From positions 63,709-127,708 of the IMG/VR virus record IMGVR_UViG_3300032087_006376: a stretch of 64,000 nt of DNA, one strand, 5' to 3'. The position numbers and the translations under genes are program-made. The notes beneath the pieces are model-generated. The model worked only from the letters and a program-made list of their open reading frames with translations, did no database searches and was not told the DNA's origin. Source of the stretch: a virus. Positions 8,232 through 18,138 of this stretch are shown one piece after another (position 1 is the first letter of the stretch; every line of letters starts with the position of its first letter).

Positions 8232-9779
8232 ATGTTAAAGCATATTATATTAACACTACTAACCGGAATAGCATTAAATGCTCAAATTATTGTAACTGAT
8301 AATGATATCACCACAAATACTACGTGGACATCAAACAATGAATATATTCTTGATGGATTGGTATTCGTTGAATCTGGAGAAACATTAACAATTGAACCGG
8401 GAACTGTAATCAAAGGTAAACCGGGGCAAGGAGCTCAAGCATCAGCTTTGGTTGTTGCAAGAGGCGCAAAAATATATGCAGAAGGAACAAAAGAAGCTCC
8501 GATTATTTTTACTGCTGAAATAGATGATGTGTATAACACAGAGGACTTGGGTTCTAACGATAGAGGGTTGTGGGGTGGTGTTATTGTATTAGGCAATGCA
8601 GTCCTTAATAGCCCTGCTGATAGCGGTACACCTATTACAGATAATATTGAAGGTATTGATATTAATGAGACTAGAGGTCGCTTTGGAGGTGATGACGATA
8701 ATGATAATAGCGGAGTTCTCAAATACATTTCTATTCGACATGGGGGTACGTTGATCGGAGCTGATAACGAGATTAACGGATTAACTCTTGGAGCTGTTGG
8801 TCGTGGCACCACCATTGAGTTTATTGATATCTTTGCAAATCTTGATGACGGTATTGAATTTTTTGGTGGTACAGCTGAAGTAAAATATTTATCAGTAGCT
8901 TATTGTGGCGATGATAGTTTTGATTACGATCAAGGATGGCGTGGTAAAGGTCAATATTGGTTTACTATTCAAGATGGTGACTCTGGTGATGGTGGTGAGC
9001 ATGATGGTGATATTGACGATAATACAAGGCTTCCTATTGCTAAACCAATTATCTCTAATGCTACATTTATTGGCGGTGGTGTTGATTCTGGTAATGGCAA
9101 AAGAGCTTTTAATATTAGAGACAATGCAGGAGCGGTTTATTACAATAGTATCTTTACTGATTTTAACGGGAGAGCTATTGACGTGCAGGATGATAGTTTG
9201 ACACGTATGAATAATGGTGATATTGATTTTCAGAATAATATCTGGTGGCTGTTCGGAGCTGGAGACACTCCTGAGACAATCGCTAATGAGAATGCTACAC
9301 CATTGTTTACTGATCTATCTCTTAACAATCGCATTATTGATCCTAAGTTAGGTCCAATCAGCAGAGATTATGATGCAGTATTAGATCCACGCCCTCAAGC
9401 TGATAGTCCTTTGTATGATGGAGCTATTGCTTTAGCTGACCCATTCTTTGAGAATAACAAATACTCTGGAGCATTTGATAAATGGAATTGGATGCATGGA
9501 TGGACTGGCATTTCTGTTAGTGGATATTTAGTATTAGATGAAGGTCAACAAACAATTATAATTCCAAATCCTATTCCTACAATTAAAATCCATTCAATTA
9601 ATTTTGAAATTGAATTTGATGCAATCGAAGGAGTCGCTTACCAGCTTCAAACTTCAAGTGATTTTGTTAATTGGATCGACGTTGAGGACCCAGTTGGAGG
9701 TATTTTTGTTAATGGCAAGATAAAACTAATTACAGAGTCATCTAATTCTAAAAAATATTATCGCGTCATAGTAAAATAA
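8232..9779 (+). CDS. Secreted beta-helix surface protein of bacterial type
   Basis: Signal peptide; TTNTTWT..NEYILDGLVFV..G.TLTIEPGTVIKG, WGGVIVLG, DDGIEFFGG, DDSFDYDQG; C-terminal YQLQTSSDFVNW. Confidence 0.75.
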   Translation: MLKHIILTLLTGIALNAQIIVTDNDITTNTTWTSNNEYILDGLVFVESGETLTIEPGTVIKGKPGQGAQASALVVARGAKIYAEGTKEAPIIFTAEIDDVYNTEDLGSNDRGLWGGVIVLGNAVLNSPADSGTPITDNIEGIDINETRGRFGGDDDNDNSGVLKYISIRHGGTLIGADNEINGLTLGAVGRGTTIEFIDIFANLDDGIEFFGGTAEVKYLSVAYCGDDSFDYDQGWRGKGQYWFTIQDGDSGDGGEHDGDIDDNTRLPIAKPIISNATFIGGGVDSGNGKRAFNIRDNAGAVYYNSIFTDFNGRAIDVQDDSLTRMNNGDIDFQNNIWWLFGAGDTPETIANENATPLFTDLSLNNRIIDPKLGPISRDYDAVLDPRPQADSPLYDGAIALADPFFENNKYSGAFDKWNWMHGWTGISVSGYLVLDEGQQTIIIPNPIPTIKIHSINFEIEFDAIEGVAYQLQTSSDFVNWIDVEDPVGGIFVNGKIKLITESSNSKKYYRVIVK

Positions 9780-9810
9780 TTAGATTTTTACTTAAAAAGT
9801 AACATAATAA

Positions 9811-10545
9811 TTGATGTTACTTAATGACGCTTATATATTTGATGTAGACGGCACTTTAACAGCTCCTCGTCTTCCTATGGACGAGGAGTTTTCTATTTTC
9901 TTCAAGAAGTTTTGCGATAATAATGTTGTTTATTTAGCTACAGGAAGCGATAAATTTAAAGTAGAAGAACAAGTACCCAAAGATATTTTAAAAGCTTGTA
10001 TGGGCGTATTTACTTGCATGGGTAACGAATTATGGATGGATGATCACATGATTTATTCCAGAGAGTTTACATTACCGTCTGATGCTATCGCTTATTTATA
10101 TGACGTTTTAGACGACACAAAATATCCCGCTCATAAATCAGGCTCTAAAAACTTTGAATACAGAGCTGGTATGTTAAATTTCAGCACTGTAGGTAGAGAT
10201 ATCACGCAAGAACAAAGAGAAGAATACTACGAATGGGATAAAATTCAAGGTGAAAGAAAAGAAATTTGCGACAACTTTAATAGATTATTTAATAAACATA
10301 ATTTTTATGCATGTGTTGGAGGCAAAATATCTATAGACATACAAAAACAAGGCGAAGATAAAAGTCAAATATATCATTACTTAAGTGATCATGATAGAAA
10401 AATCTTTTTTGGCGATAAATGCGAACCCGGAGGCAATGATTACGCTTTAGCTAGTTTATGCGAAGTTAAATTCAACGTAAAAAATTGGCAAGACACAAAA
10501 CAAATACTAACAAATTTAATTATAACAAATGGAAGAAATAATTAA
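9811..10545 (+). CDS. HAD-IIB phosphomannomutase-like
   Basis: FDVDGTLT, EYRAGMLNFS.VGR, GGKISIDI, FFGDK..PGGNDY. Confidence 0.85.
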   Translation: MMLLNDAYIFDVDGTLTAPRLPMDEEFSIFFKKFCDNNVVYLATGSDKFKVEEQVPKDILKACMGVFTCMGNELWMDDHMIYSREFTLPSDAIAYLYDVLDDTKYPAHKSGSKNFEYRAGMLNFSTVGRDITQEQREEYYEWDKIQGERKEICDNFNRLFNKHNFYACVGGKISIDIQKQGEDKSQIYHYLSDHDRKIFFGDKCEPGGNDYALASLCEVKFNVKNWQDTKQILTNLIITNGRNN

Positions 10546-10849
10546 TTATCTAATACCGGCAGTTTGTATAGCATATGTAACATATATATGGACAGACACA
10601 AATGCTTTTTATGATTATTTTTCTTTTTCTAAAATATTTAGAAAGATTCCAATCATAAAAGAATACGAAAAATCTGAATACCAAATGGAGTTTCCGATGT
10701 TTTTAAAACAAAAACAAAGTTTTTTTTCTAAATTAATAACTTGCCATATTTGTTTGACTTTTTGGATGTCTGTGTTATGTTTTATTCCGTTGGAGCTAAA
10801 TCTATTTGTTTTAGCTTATTTAAGTTTAATATTTTATAATTTCTTATGA
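10529..10849 (+). CDS. Membrane protein
   Basis: Hydrophobic segments, LITCHICLTFW. Confidence 0.6.
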   Translation: MEEIINYLIPAVCIAYVTYIWTDTNAFYDYFSFSKIFRKIPIIKEYEKSEYQMEFPMFLKQKQSFFSKLITCHICLTFWMSVLCFIPLELNLFVLAYLSLIFYNFL

Positions 10850-11079
10850 AAATAAGAATGACTTATAAAGAGTTATTTAAAATAGTTTCAGCTCATAGAT
10901 CTGAATTCATGGGAATAAGCGATGAGTTAGATCATTTTTTAAAAAATTTATCAGCTGGTTGTGGCGGATGTTTTTACCGAAGAGTAAATCATGTATTCGG
11001 ACCTATGATTTCAAAAAATAAAGAAGAAGTTGAAAATAGATGCCTAAAAATTCTAAAAAAAGAAGTAGAACTTATTTAA
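10846..11079 (+). CDS. Hypothetical protein
   Basis: Coupled ORF with GCGGC motif. Confidence 0.55.
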   Translation: MKIRMTYKELFKIVSAHRSEFMGISDELDHFLKNLSAGCGGCFYRRVNHVFGPMISKNKEEVENRCLKILKKEVELI

Positions 11080-11080
11080 A

Positions 11081-11329
11081 ATGAAAAAAGCTAGAGTATT
11101 TACAGTTGTCAAAGGTCAGACTTACGACCCTCAAGGCACAGTTATTAATTCTGCTGCTAAACAATTAGGAATCAAGCACATAAAAGATGTTAAAGCTGGT
11201 AGACATTTTCTGTTATTGTTTGAAGAAGACACTCCTGATGAGGACGTAAAAGCAAGCACTGAAGAGGCTGCGCTTCGACTACTTCACAACGATATCATTG
11301 AAGATTACGATATAACTTACGAATTATAA
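11081..11329 (+). CDS. purS: FGAM synthase subunit PurS
   Basis: DPQGTVI...LG...V..G..F.L...A..LL.N.IIEDY. Confidence 0.85.
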   Translation: MKKARVFTVVKGQTYDPQGTVINSAAKQLGIKHIKDVKAGRHFLLLFEEDTPDEDVKASTEEAALRLLHNDIIEDYDITYEL

Positions 11330-11330
11330 T

Positions 11331-11567
11331 ATGAAAGAACATATATTAAATGCATTAGAAGCTCATTTTGAAGCAAAAGTGTTGAAAAATCAAGCACTAC
11401 TTCAAAATTACCTCAACAACCCCGTTGGAATTGGAGAGCATCCAGACATTATAGATGAATGTATTAAAATCACAGATGAATTGGCTTCAGCTCAAGACAG
11501 TTTAGAAATCATAAAAGGAAAAAAAGTTTATGCCCGACCAAGAAAAATTAGACACAACTTATCTTAA
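11331..11567 (+). CDS. Conserved phage hypothetical protein
   Basis: NYLNNPVGIGEHPDII motif. Confidence 0.6.
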   Translation: MKEHILNALEAHFEAKVLKNQALLQNYLNNPVGIGEHPDIIDECIKITDELASAQDSLEIIKGKKVYARPRKIRHNLS

Positions 11568-11961
11568 AATGGCCGAAGCGTGGGCTGAGATGTCTCACGC
11601 TAGAAGAAAAAAAGTGGGTTGCTTAATTGTAAAAGATGGTGCTATTATTTCAGATGGTTACAATGGCACACCATCAGGTTTTGATAATAATTGTGAATTT
11701 GGTTTCACCCAACAAGGTTTAACCACTAAACCAGAAGTTCTTCATGCCGAAAGCAATGCAATCAGCAAATTAGCTAGGTCTACAAATAGTAGTGACGGAG
11801 CTACAGTTTATTTAACCTGTTCTCCTTGTTTTGATTGCGCTAAATTAATTATTCAGTCAGGAATAAAAAGAGTTGTTTACGGCGACAATTATCGAGATGG
11901 TAGAGGTTTAGAACTTTTAGAAAAAGCTAACATACAAGTGGAGCATGTAAATGACAAGTGA
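11530..11961 (+). CDS. dCMP deaminase
   Basis: KVGCLIVKD..IISDGYNGTP, HAESNAI, SPCFDCAKLIIQSGI. Confidence 0.92.
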   Translation: MPDQEKLDTTYLKMAEAWAEMSHARRKKVGCLIVKDGAIISDGYNGTPSGFDNNCEFGFTQQGLTTKPEVLHAESNAISKLARSTNSSDGATVYLTCSPCFDCAKLIIQSGIKRVVYGDNYRDGRGLELLEKANIQVEHVNDK

Positions 11962-12214
11962 TAATGTTTTAAATATTTTAAATGATGCGTTAGAAAAAGA
12001 TCCTGTTGCGATGATGGCGCTGATTTCTACAACAGTTCCAACTAATTCTAATATTGCTAGCTCTTATGATATTAAAATTCATAAAGGGTATATTGAATTT
12101 GGACTACTTAGCATCATTAATAAGATAATCGAAAAAGAAAATAAAAAAATAACTTTTGATTATGATGTCAGCATAGAAGGTGAAATGCGTCCTAAAAAAT
12201 TCATTTTAAAATGA
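11951..12214 (+). CDS. Hypothetical protein
   Basis: Coupled ORF. Confidence 0.55.
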   Translation: MTSDNVLNILNDALEKDPVAMMALISTTVPTNSNIASSYDIKIHKGYIEFGLLSIINKIIEKENKKITFDYDVSIEGEMRPKKFILK

Positions 12215-12551
12215 TGGATGAAAGACAAAGGTTTGGGTTTTGGCGCTGGACTGGTGAGATAATTCTTACATGGGAAATCGTACTTGTAGTGTATTATACT
12301 ATTGAATGGACACTTTACAAGTTTTGACTATTATTAAATACGGAGTTCCGCTTTTAGCGGTTTTATTGTTACTGTGTGCAACTAAATTTAAATGACAGCA
12401 GAATCATTATTCGTTATCGGTGGAATTATCGGCGTTATATTAATATTATTTAAGGCAGCAAATGAGCGATGAAGGTTATTTAATAGGGTTTATACTAGCC
12501 GCACTGATACCCTTATCTATAGAATTCTTTTCTAAAAAGAAAAAATAAATT

Positions 12552-13040
12552 ATGATTATTACTCTTTTAGACGGCGATACAGCTAATATTAGTTTTTCCA
12601 ACAGAGTGCAAGTTAGTGTTCGAGGAGATTCTGATCGCAGCTATAAAGTTATATGGTATAAAAAAACATCAGAAGATTTTGAAATAGTAGGCCAAATGGA
12701 TGTCGCAACAGGCACATGGGCTTGTTATGACTTTGAAGATATTGAGCACTGGAAAGTAGAATTTTATGATGAGAATAACTTTGTTGCAGAATATGATAAT
12801 GATTTGAAAGATAAAGATGTGATTTTAATAGCTGACGTTCCTTTTTCTAAAGCTGGTAAATCTTTAGATTTTGATTTATTAAAAAATTATTGCAACGAAA
12901 AAGTTTTACAATATAATTGTAATTTAAAAGTTTATTTCGAAGGGTCTTCTAGAGTTGATTTCTCTAATCTTAATTTTAAACCTTTAAGATTGAACGAAGA
13001 AATTAAAGAAATGCATTATGGCTTAGAAAAAAGTTTTTAA
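12552..13040 (+). CDS. Hypothetical protein
   Basis: 162-aa ORF abutting next gene. Confidence 0.6.
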   Translation: MIITLLDGDTANISFSNRVQVSVRGDSDRSYKVIWYKKTSEDFEIVGQMDVATGTWACYDFEDIEHWKVEFYDENNFVAEYDNDLKDKDVILIADVPFSKAGKSLDFDLLKNYCNEKVLQYNCNLKVYFEGSSRVDFSNLNFKPLRLNEEIKEMHYGLEKSF

Positions 13041-13721
13041 ATGAAAGATTTAATATATACTCGCCGAAATAGTTTGCCTAAAGATTTTTGTGATTTTGTT
13101 ATAAATAAATTTGAAACATCAACAGATAACCAAATGGAAGGATTGTCTGGAGATGCTGTTCAAACTCAAATAAAAAAGTCTACAGATTTAATGTTGACCA
13201 ATTTTTTAGATGATGCAGACTGGTCATATATTTATAATTATTTATCAGAAGAACTTCTGCAAAGCTTAGTTGAATATAATGAAAATGCACCTTGGATTTG
13301 GAGAAGGCAAGGAGGTTTTTCTAGTAAACTTAGTTTAGTTAGGTCTGTTCAAAATAGATTCACTGCTTCCAGTAATGGCAATTACCACATGCAAATGCAA
13401 AGATACATCGGTGATGAAGGTTATTACGCTTGGCACTTTGAAAACTACTTAGAACATGAACGTATGAGAAAAAGACAAATGGCTTTCATGTGGTATTTAA
13501 ACGATCTTGAAAGCGGTGGCGAAACTGAATTCAAATTTCAAAAAACAAAAGTTAAACCAGAAGCTGGTAAAAGCGTTTTATTTCCAGCGTTCTGGACTCA
13601 CACCCACAGAGGAAATCCTCCTTCTGGAAATCAAAGAAAATACATCATAACTGGATGGATAGAACAAAACACAGAAGAAGAGAACGCGTCTAACGAGTTT
13701 ACAGAAGACTTTTTTGTTTAA
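13041..13721 (+). CDS. 2OG-Fe(II) oxygenase
   Basis: YYAWHFE, MWYLND.E.GGETEF, FPAFWTHTHRG, KYIITGW. Confidence 0.9.
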   Translation: MKDLIYTRRNSLPKDFCDFVINKFETSTDNQMEGLSGDAVQTQIKKSTDLMLTNFLDDADWSYIYNYLSEELLQSLVEYNENAPWIWRRQGGFSSKLSLVRSVQNRFTASSNGNYHMQMQRYIGDEGYYAWHFENYLEHERMRKRQMAFMWYLNDLESGGETEFKFQKTKVKPEAGKSVLFPAFWTHTHRGNPPSGNQRKYIITGWIEQNTEEENASNEFTEDFFV

Positions 13722-15352
13722 TGAATGTGTTAGAGCGGAGTTCTCCATTATTAATTCCCACATATAGGTTTAATTGTTTTGATCAGTATTTAGATTCTTT
13801 AAGCAAATCCGACAGGTATGATATTAAAAAATCTCTATCGGATAATTCTTATTTAAAATATGAAGAATCTTTTTATTCATATGAAGATTGCAAAAAATTC
13901 ATGGATATTTGGTCGCAATCTAATCAATCTAGCTGGGGCGACTGGTACTCACAAAAAGAATTAGATACTTTACACAGCAAAGGAGTTTTAAAATGTTTTG
14001 TATGTGAGGATATAGCTTATCATTTTGTTTTAAATTGGGGTAATTATGTTTATTGTAACGCTCCACTATATAACAAAAATTTGTATTTGCAAAATCAAAT
14101 CGCAAAATATATGTGGTCTAACTTAATAAAAAACTACATAGAAAATAGCGACGTACATTATATTGATTTAATGGGGCCTGAAAATTTTATTACTTACGGA
14201 CAAGTAATTCAAAATAAAGCTAAAATTAGCGATAAAGGCGACTTTGGTTATAAATGGAGGTTTATACCTAAAGAGATAAAAAATGGAACTGATAAAGTAT
14301 TGTCAGATTTAAAAATAGTATCAGATCAAACTTTTAATTGGAAAGGTATTGAGTTGCCTTCTAAACCAAGCAAACTACTAATTGTGGCTCATCCAGATGA
14401 CGAAGCCATCTTTTTTGGTGGATGGTTATTAAATAATGCAGCGCATACTAAAGTTGTGTGCTTAACTTGTTCTAAAGATCCAGTGAGGTTTAAAGAATTG
14501 CAAGATAGTTTAAAATGTGCTGGAGTAAATTATTTTGAATGTTTAAACCAAGAAGCCACCCAAGATTTTTTTGAAAATAAAGATTATATTTTAGAAAATT
14601 TAACCCGGATAAAAAGCGAAACTGATTGGACGGAAATTATCACTCATAACATATATGGAGAGTACGGTCACTTACAACACATACAAACTCACGAACTAGT
14701 TAAAACCGTATTTAACAATGATAAAATTTTTGTTTACTACAATTTTAAAGACAAAACAATAAATATTAATAAATACAGTTTACTAGAAAAGCATAAAAGT
14801 CAACAACAATTTGGAATAAACGAAATAAAAGATAGTGAATGCACCGGTTCTGATTGGTACAAACACACAGTCAATAAAAATATGATAGATCATGAATCTA
14901 TTATCGCACTATCAAAATTTAAAAATACATTAAAGATAAATTTAATTTGGACTCAAAGCGAAAACCATGTTTTATTTGATATTATCAAAGGAGTCCATCG
15001 TCAACTACGCAATAGAGGTCACGAAGTTGTTATCGCTAAATCTTTTCCTTTTAATAAAGCAGATGTCAATATTACATTTTGCAGAGAAGATTCTTTACAA
15101 TGCTTAGAAAATAACGCACAATACTTTTTTGTTATAAATGATGAAATGATGGTTGTCAAAAACAATTACAATGAGTATAATAATTTGATAGATAAATCTA
15201 TTCGTAGTTTTGTAAAAACTCGAAAAATCCGAGACGAACTTGGGGATAGATTAAATTTAGTTTGGGTGCCTGTATTAAGAGAGTGGAGCGTGTTCATCAG
15301 AAAGTTTGAGTCGCATATATATATGGGTTTAGTGTCGCAAAATAAAATATGA
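13721..15352 (+). CDS. Fusion: GNAT-like domain, PIG-L deacetylase domain, unknown C-terminal domain
   Basis: FDQYLDSLSKSDRYDIKK (FemAB/GNAT-like start); LIVAHPDDEAIFFGG and THNIYGEYGHLQH (PIG-L). Confidence 0.7.
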   Translation: MNVLERSSPLLIPTYRFNCFDQYLDSLSKSDRYDIKKSLSDNSYLKYEESFYSYEDCKKFMDIWSQSNQSSWGDWYSQKELDTLHSKGVLKCFVCEDIAYHFVLNWGNYVYCNAPLYNKNLYLQNQIAKYMWSNLIKNYIENSDVHYIDLMGPENFITYGQVIQNKAKISDKGDFGYKWRFIPKEIKNGTDKVLSDLKIVSDQTFNWKGIELPSKPSKLLIVAHPDDEAIFFGGWLLNNAAHTKVVCLTCSKDPVRFKELQDSLKCAGVNYFECLNQEATQDFFENKDYILENLTRIKSETDWTEIITHNIYGEYGHLQHIQTHELVKTVFNNDKIFVYYNFKDKTININKYSLLEKHKSQQQFGINEIKDSECTGSDWYKHTVNKNMIDHESIIALSKFKNTLKINLIWTQSENHVLFDIIKGVHRQLRNRGHEVVIAKSFPFNKADVNITFCREDSLQCLENNAQYFFVINDEMMVVKNNYNEYNNLIDKSIRSFVKTRKIRDELGDRLNLVWVPVLREWSVFIRKFESHIYMGLVSQNKI

Positions 15353-15579
15353 AAAAAGCAAAGATAAATTTTTCAGCAGAACTATCAGTATGTGTTTCAC
15401 ATTTAAATTTTGAATTAAAACGTCCTGATTTAGATTATCCAGATCATATTGGAGGAGACTACTATTTTAGTCTACCGACAAAAGAAAGAAAAAAATATAG
15501 ATTGACAAATCCAGCATATTTGTTAAAACATTCAGACTATAACAGAATCACTAATTTAAAACTTGATGAGCAAGTATAA
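15349..15579 (+). CDS. Hypothetical protein
   Basis: Coupled ORF. Confidence 0.5.
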   Translation: MKKAKINFSAELSVCVSHLNFELKRPDLDYPDHIGGDYYFSLPTKERKKYRLTNPAYLLKHSDYNRITNLKLDEQV

Positions 15580-16480
15580 AGAAGCTGGCGTTGATGTCGC
15601 CAAAACAGATAATTTAGTCAAAGAAATCTCTGGGCTAGTTGACAACATAGGGGGATTCGGAGGTCTATTTGATCTAGGAGATAGCTACCTTGTTGGTGCT
15701 ACAGATGGTGTAGGAACTAAGATTCTTTTAGCTCAAGAGTATAATATGCTCGAAGGTATAGGAATTGATTGCGTTGCTATGTGTGTTAATGATATTATAT
15801 GTACCGGCGCTAGACCATTATTCTTTTTAGATTATTTCGCTTCATCTAATGTGGACGAAAAACAATATCTCACAATTATTAATTCAATCAAAAGAGGATG
15901 CGACGAAGCTGGTATTCCACTAATAGGCGGAGAAACAGCTGAGTTGCCCTCCTTGCTTCCAGATAAGCATTTTGATATTGCAGGGTTTTGTATTGGAATC
16001 GTTAAGAAGAAAGATTTAATCGATGGCAGTAAAATAAAAAAAGGTGATGTTGTTTTAGCTTTTCCAAGTAATGGTTTTCATAGTAATGGTTATTCTTTAG
16101 TAAGAAAAATCTTCAATAAAGACAAACATGAAAAATATATTGATAAAATACTAAAGCCTACAGAAATTTACGTTAAAGAAATAATTAATTTAATTGATAG
16201 TGGAGTCAATATCAAAGGTATTGCTCACATAACCGGAGGAGGTTTATCTAATTTAAATAGAATTTTACCGGAAGGCTTATCAGTCAATTGGAAAGGCGAA
16301 ATTAATAAACCATTTATACTTGATATGTTTCAAAAAGATGGTAACATAAGTGATGAAGAAATGGCTAGGGTTTTTAACGGTGGCATCGGTATGTGTTTGG
16401 TGGTGGAGCCGAAAGAAGTAAATAAAGTTTTTTCTGGAAAAATAGCTAGACCCTTGATCGCTGTAGGTAATATAGTATGA
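15563..16480 (+). CDS. purM: AIR synthetase PurM
   Basis: YKEAGVDV, GGFGGLF, ATDGVGTK, GGETAE, GFHSNGYSL, AHITGGG. Confidence 0.95.
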   Translation: MMSKYKEAGVDVAKTDNLVKEISGLVDNIGGFGGLFDLGDSYLVGATDGVGTKILLAQEYNMLEGIGIDCVAMCVNDIICTGARPLFFLDYFASSNVDEKQYLTIINSIKRGCDEAGIPLIGGETAELPSLLPDKHFDIAGFCIGIVKKKDLIDGSKIKKGDVVLAFPSNGFHSNGYSLVRKIFNKDKHEKYIDKILKPTEIYVKEIINLIDSGVNIKGIAHITGGGLSNLNRILPEGLSVNWKGEINKPFILDMFQKDGNISDEEMARVFNGGIGMCLVVEPKEVNKVFSGKIARPLIAVGNIV

Positions 16481-16757
16481 AAGATATAATAAAACAAGTT
16501 TTAGATGAATACAGTGAGAATCATAGGCAAATAAATCTTGACAGCGAAGCTGCAAGGGTTATATTATCAGAACAAATAGCAGAAAGAATAGAGTTATGGC
16601 AAAATCAAAAGGATCTAGCAAACACCAAGAAAAACGCGGATTAAATAAAAAAATCAGCAACATGAAGGGAAGACATTCTAAAAACAATTCTTCTCGAAAT
16701 AAGCAGAGTAAAAATTATAAAAAACCTTATAACAGACAAGGTAGATAATTAATTTAT

Positions 16758-16844
16758 GCCAGTGTGGTGAAATTGGCAAACACAACAGACTTAAAATCTG
16801 TCGCCCGTTCGGGCTTGTCGGTTCGAGTCCGACCACTGGTACCA
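16758..16844 (+). tRNA. tRNA-Leu(TAA)
   Basis: GCCAGTG/CACTGGT acceptor, ACAGA-CTTAAAA-TCTGT, long variable arm, CCA. Confidence 0.95.
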
Positions 16845-16853
16845 CTTCTTTTC

Positions 16854-16946
16854 GCCCCTATAGCTTAATGGTAAAGCGTCCGTCTTATACACGGTTGAAC
16901 TCTAGATGTGAGTATGTTGTAGGTTCGAGTCCTACTAGGGGTACCA
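16854..16946 (+). tRNA. tRNA-Ile(TAT)-like with long variable region
   Basis: GCCCCTA/TAGGGGT acceptor, CCGT-CTTATAC-ACGG anticodon arm, about 23-nt variable region, GTAGG-TTCGAGT-CCTAC T arm, CCA. Confidence 0.8.
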
Positions 16947-16965
16947 ATTTATAAATATAATTTAT

Positions 16966-17340
16966 ATGAGCGAAGAGTTTAAAAATAAATTAGAAAAATA
17001 TCATTATATACGCAAATTAGAAAAAGCAGAGCGTACAATGAAAGATATTGTTGCTAAATGTGACACTGAAATACAAAGGATAAAAAGATACAAACCTCTT
17101 CCTATTACTTCGCGTTATAGAAAAAAACACGATATCGATTATCACCCTCCTACTTGTGGATTTGTTCACCGCTTTTCACTCGATCCAGATTTCCTTGGCT
17201 CTCACGAAGAATGGCATCAAGCTTTCGAAAGATTCGAAAAAAAGAAAGTAAACATATATGGTAAAAAAGTAGATCGTAGCAAGGTTTTCGCAGATAAACA
17301 AGAAATTAAAAATTTTAAATATGGAAAAAAGTCTCGATAG
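16966..17340 (+). CDS. Hypothetical protein, KKVDR paralog family
   Basis: EWHQAFERFEKKKVNIYGKKVDRS. Confidence 0.7.
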   Translation: MSEEFKNKLEKYHYIRKLEKAERTMKDIVAKCDTEIQRIKRYKPLPITSRYRKKHDIDYHPPTCGFVHRFSLDPDFLGSHEEWHQAFERFEKKKVNIYGKKVDRSKVFADKQEIKNFKYGKKSR

Positions 17341-17683
17341 TAAAGAACAATCCGCAATGGGCAGACCTATACTTTATGATATTGAAGGTATATTAGGTAG
17401 AGCGGATTTTGAAATAGCTAGATTAAAAAAGATTGAACAAGCAAAAGATAAATCTTTATTTAGATACGAAGAATATAATAGTAGAGTAAGAGAAGAAACC
17501 TCTGGATACGAAGATAATTATTGGCTAAGTCCAGAAATAACAGGAACTATGGATGAATGGATAAAAGCTTATAAAAGATTTTGCAATAAAAAAGTAAACA
17601 TCTATGGAAAAAAGGTTGACAGAACAAGATTATTAAACGATAAATTCGCAACAAATAAATTTAGTAAAAAATGGCAGGACTAG
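17321..17683 (+). CDS. Hypothetical protein, KKVDR paralog family
   Basis: EWIKAYKRFCNKKVNIYGKKVDRT. Confidence 0.7.
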   Translation: MEKSLDSKEQSAMGRPILYDIEGILGRADFEIARLKKIEQAKDKSLFRYEEYNSRVREETSGYEDNYWLSPEITGTMDEWIKAYKRFCNKKVNIYGKKVDRTRLLNDKFATNKFSKKWQD

Positions 17684-18138
17684 AAAATTTAAATAAAACA
17701 TGGTTCGTGGATATCGACGGCACGTTATTAAACCATAAAACTAACGAAGAGTTAGATGAAATTATACAAAATAATAATATGGAAAGTCATTTGCACGAAA
17801 CTCCTATTATTGATGCAATTAGTTTCATTAACAATCTTCCTAAAAAAGATAGAGTTATCTTAACTACTGCTAGAGAAAACCGTCATCTAGCTCATACAAT
17901 TAGAGCTTTACATTATTTTAATATCAGATACAATAAAATTGTAGATGAACTTGGTGCTGGCCCTCGTATTGTTGTCAATGACATCAAACCTGCTGGAACC
18001 GCTGGAAACGAAGAAAATTTAGACACTGCTTATGCCATCAATGTAAATAGAGATCAAGGTAACATTAGAGAAAAAAATACTGAGATCGAACAAAAAATTC
18101 GATCCCAGTGTGAAGGTCAAGTAGAAATAATTTTTTAA
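17671..18138 (+). CDS. HAD-superfamily phosphatase
   Basis: WFVDIDGTL, ILTTAR, VVND. Confidence 0.75.
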   Translation: MAGLENLNKTWFVDIDGTLLNHKTNEELDEIIQNNNMESHLHETPIIDAISFINNLPKKDRVILTTARENRHLAHTIRALHYFNIRYNKIVDELGAGPRIVVNDIKPAGTAGNEENLDTAYAINVNRDQGNIREKNTEIEQKIRSQCEGQVEIIF

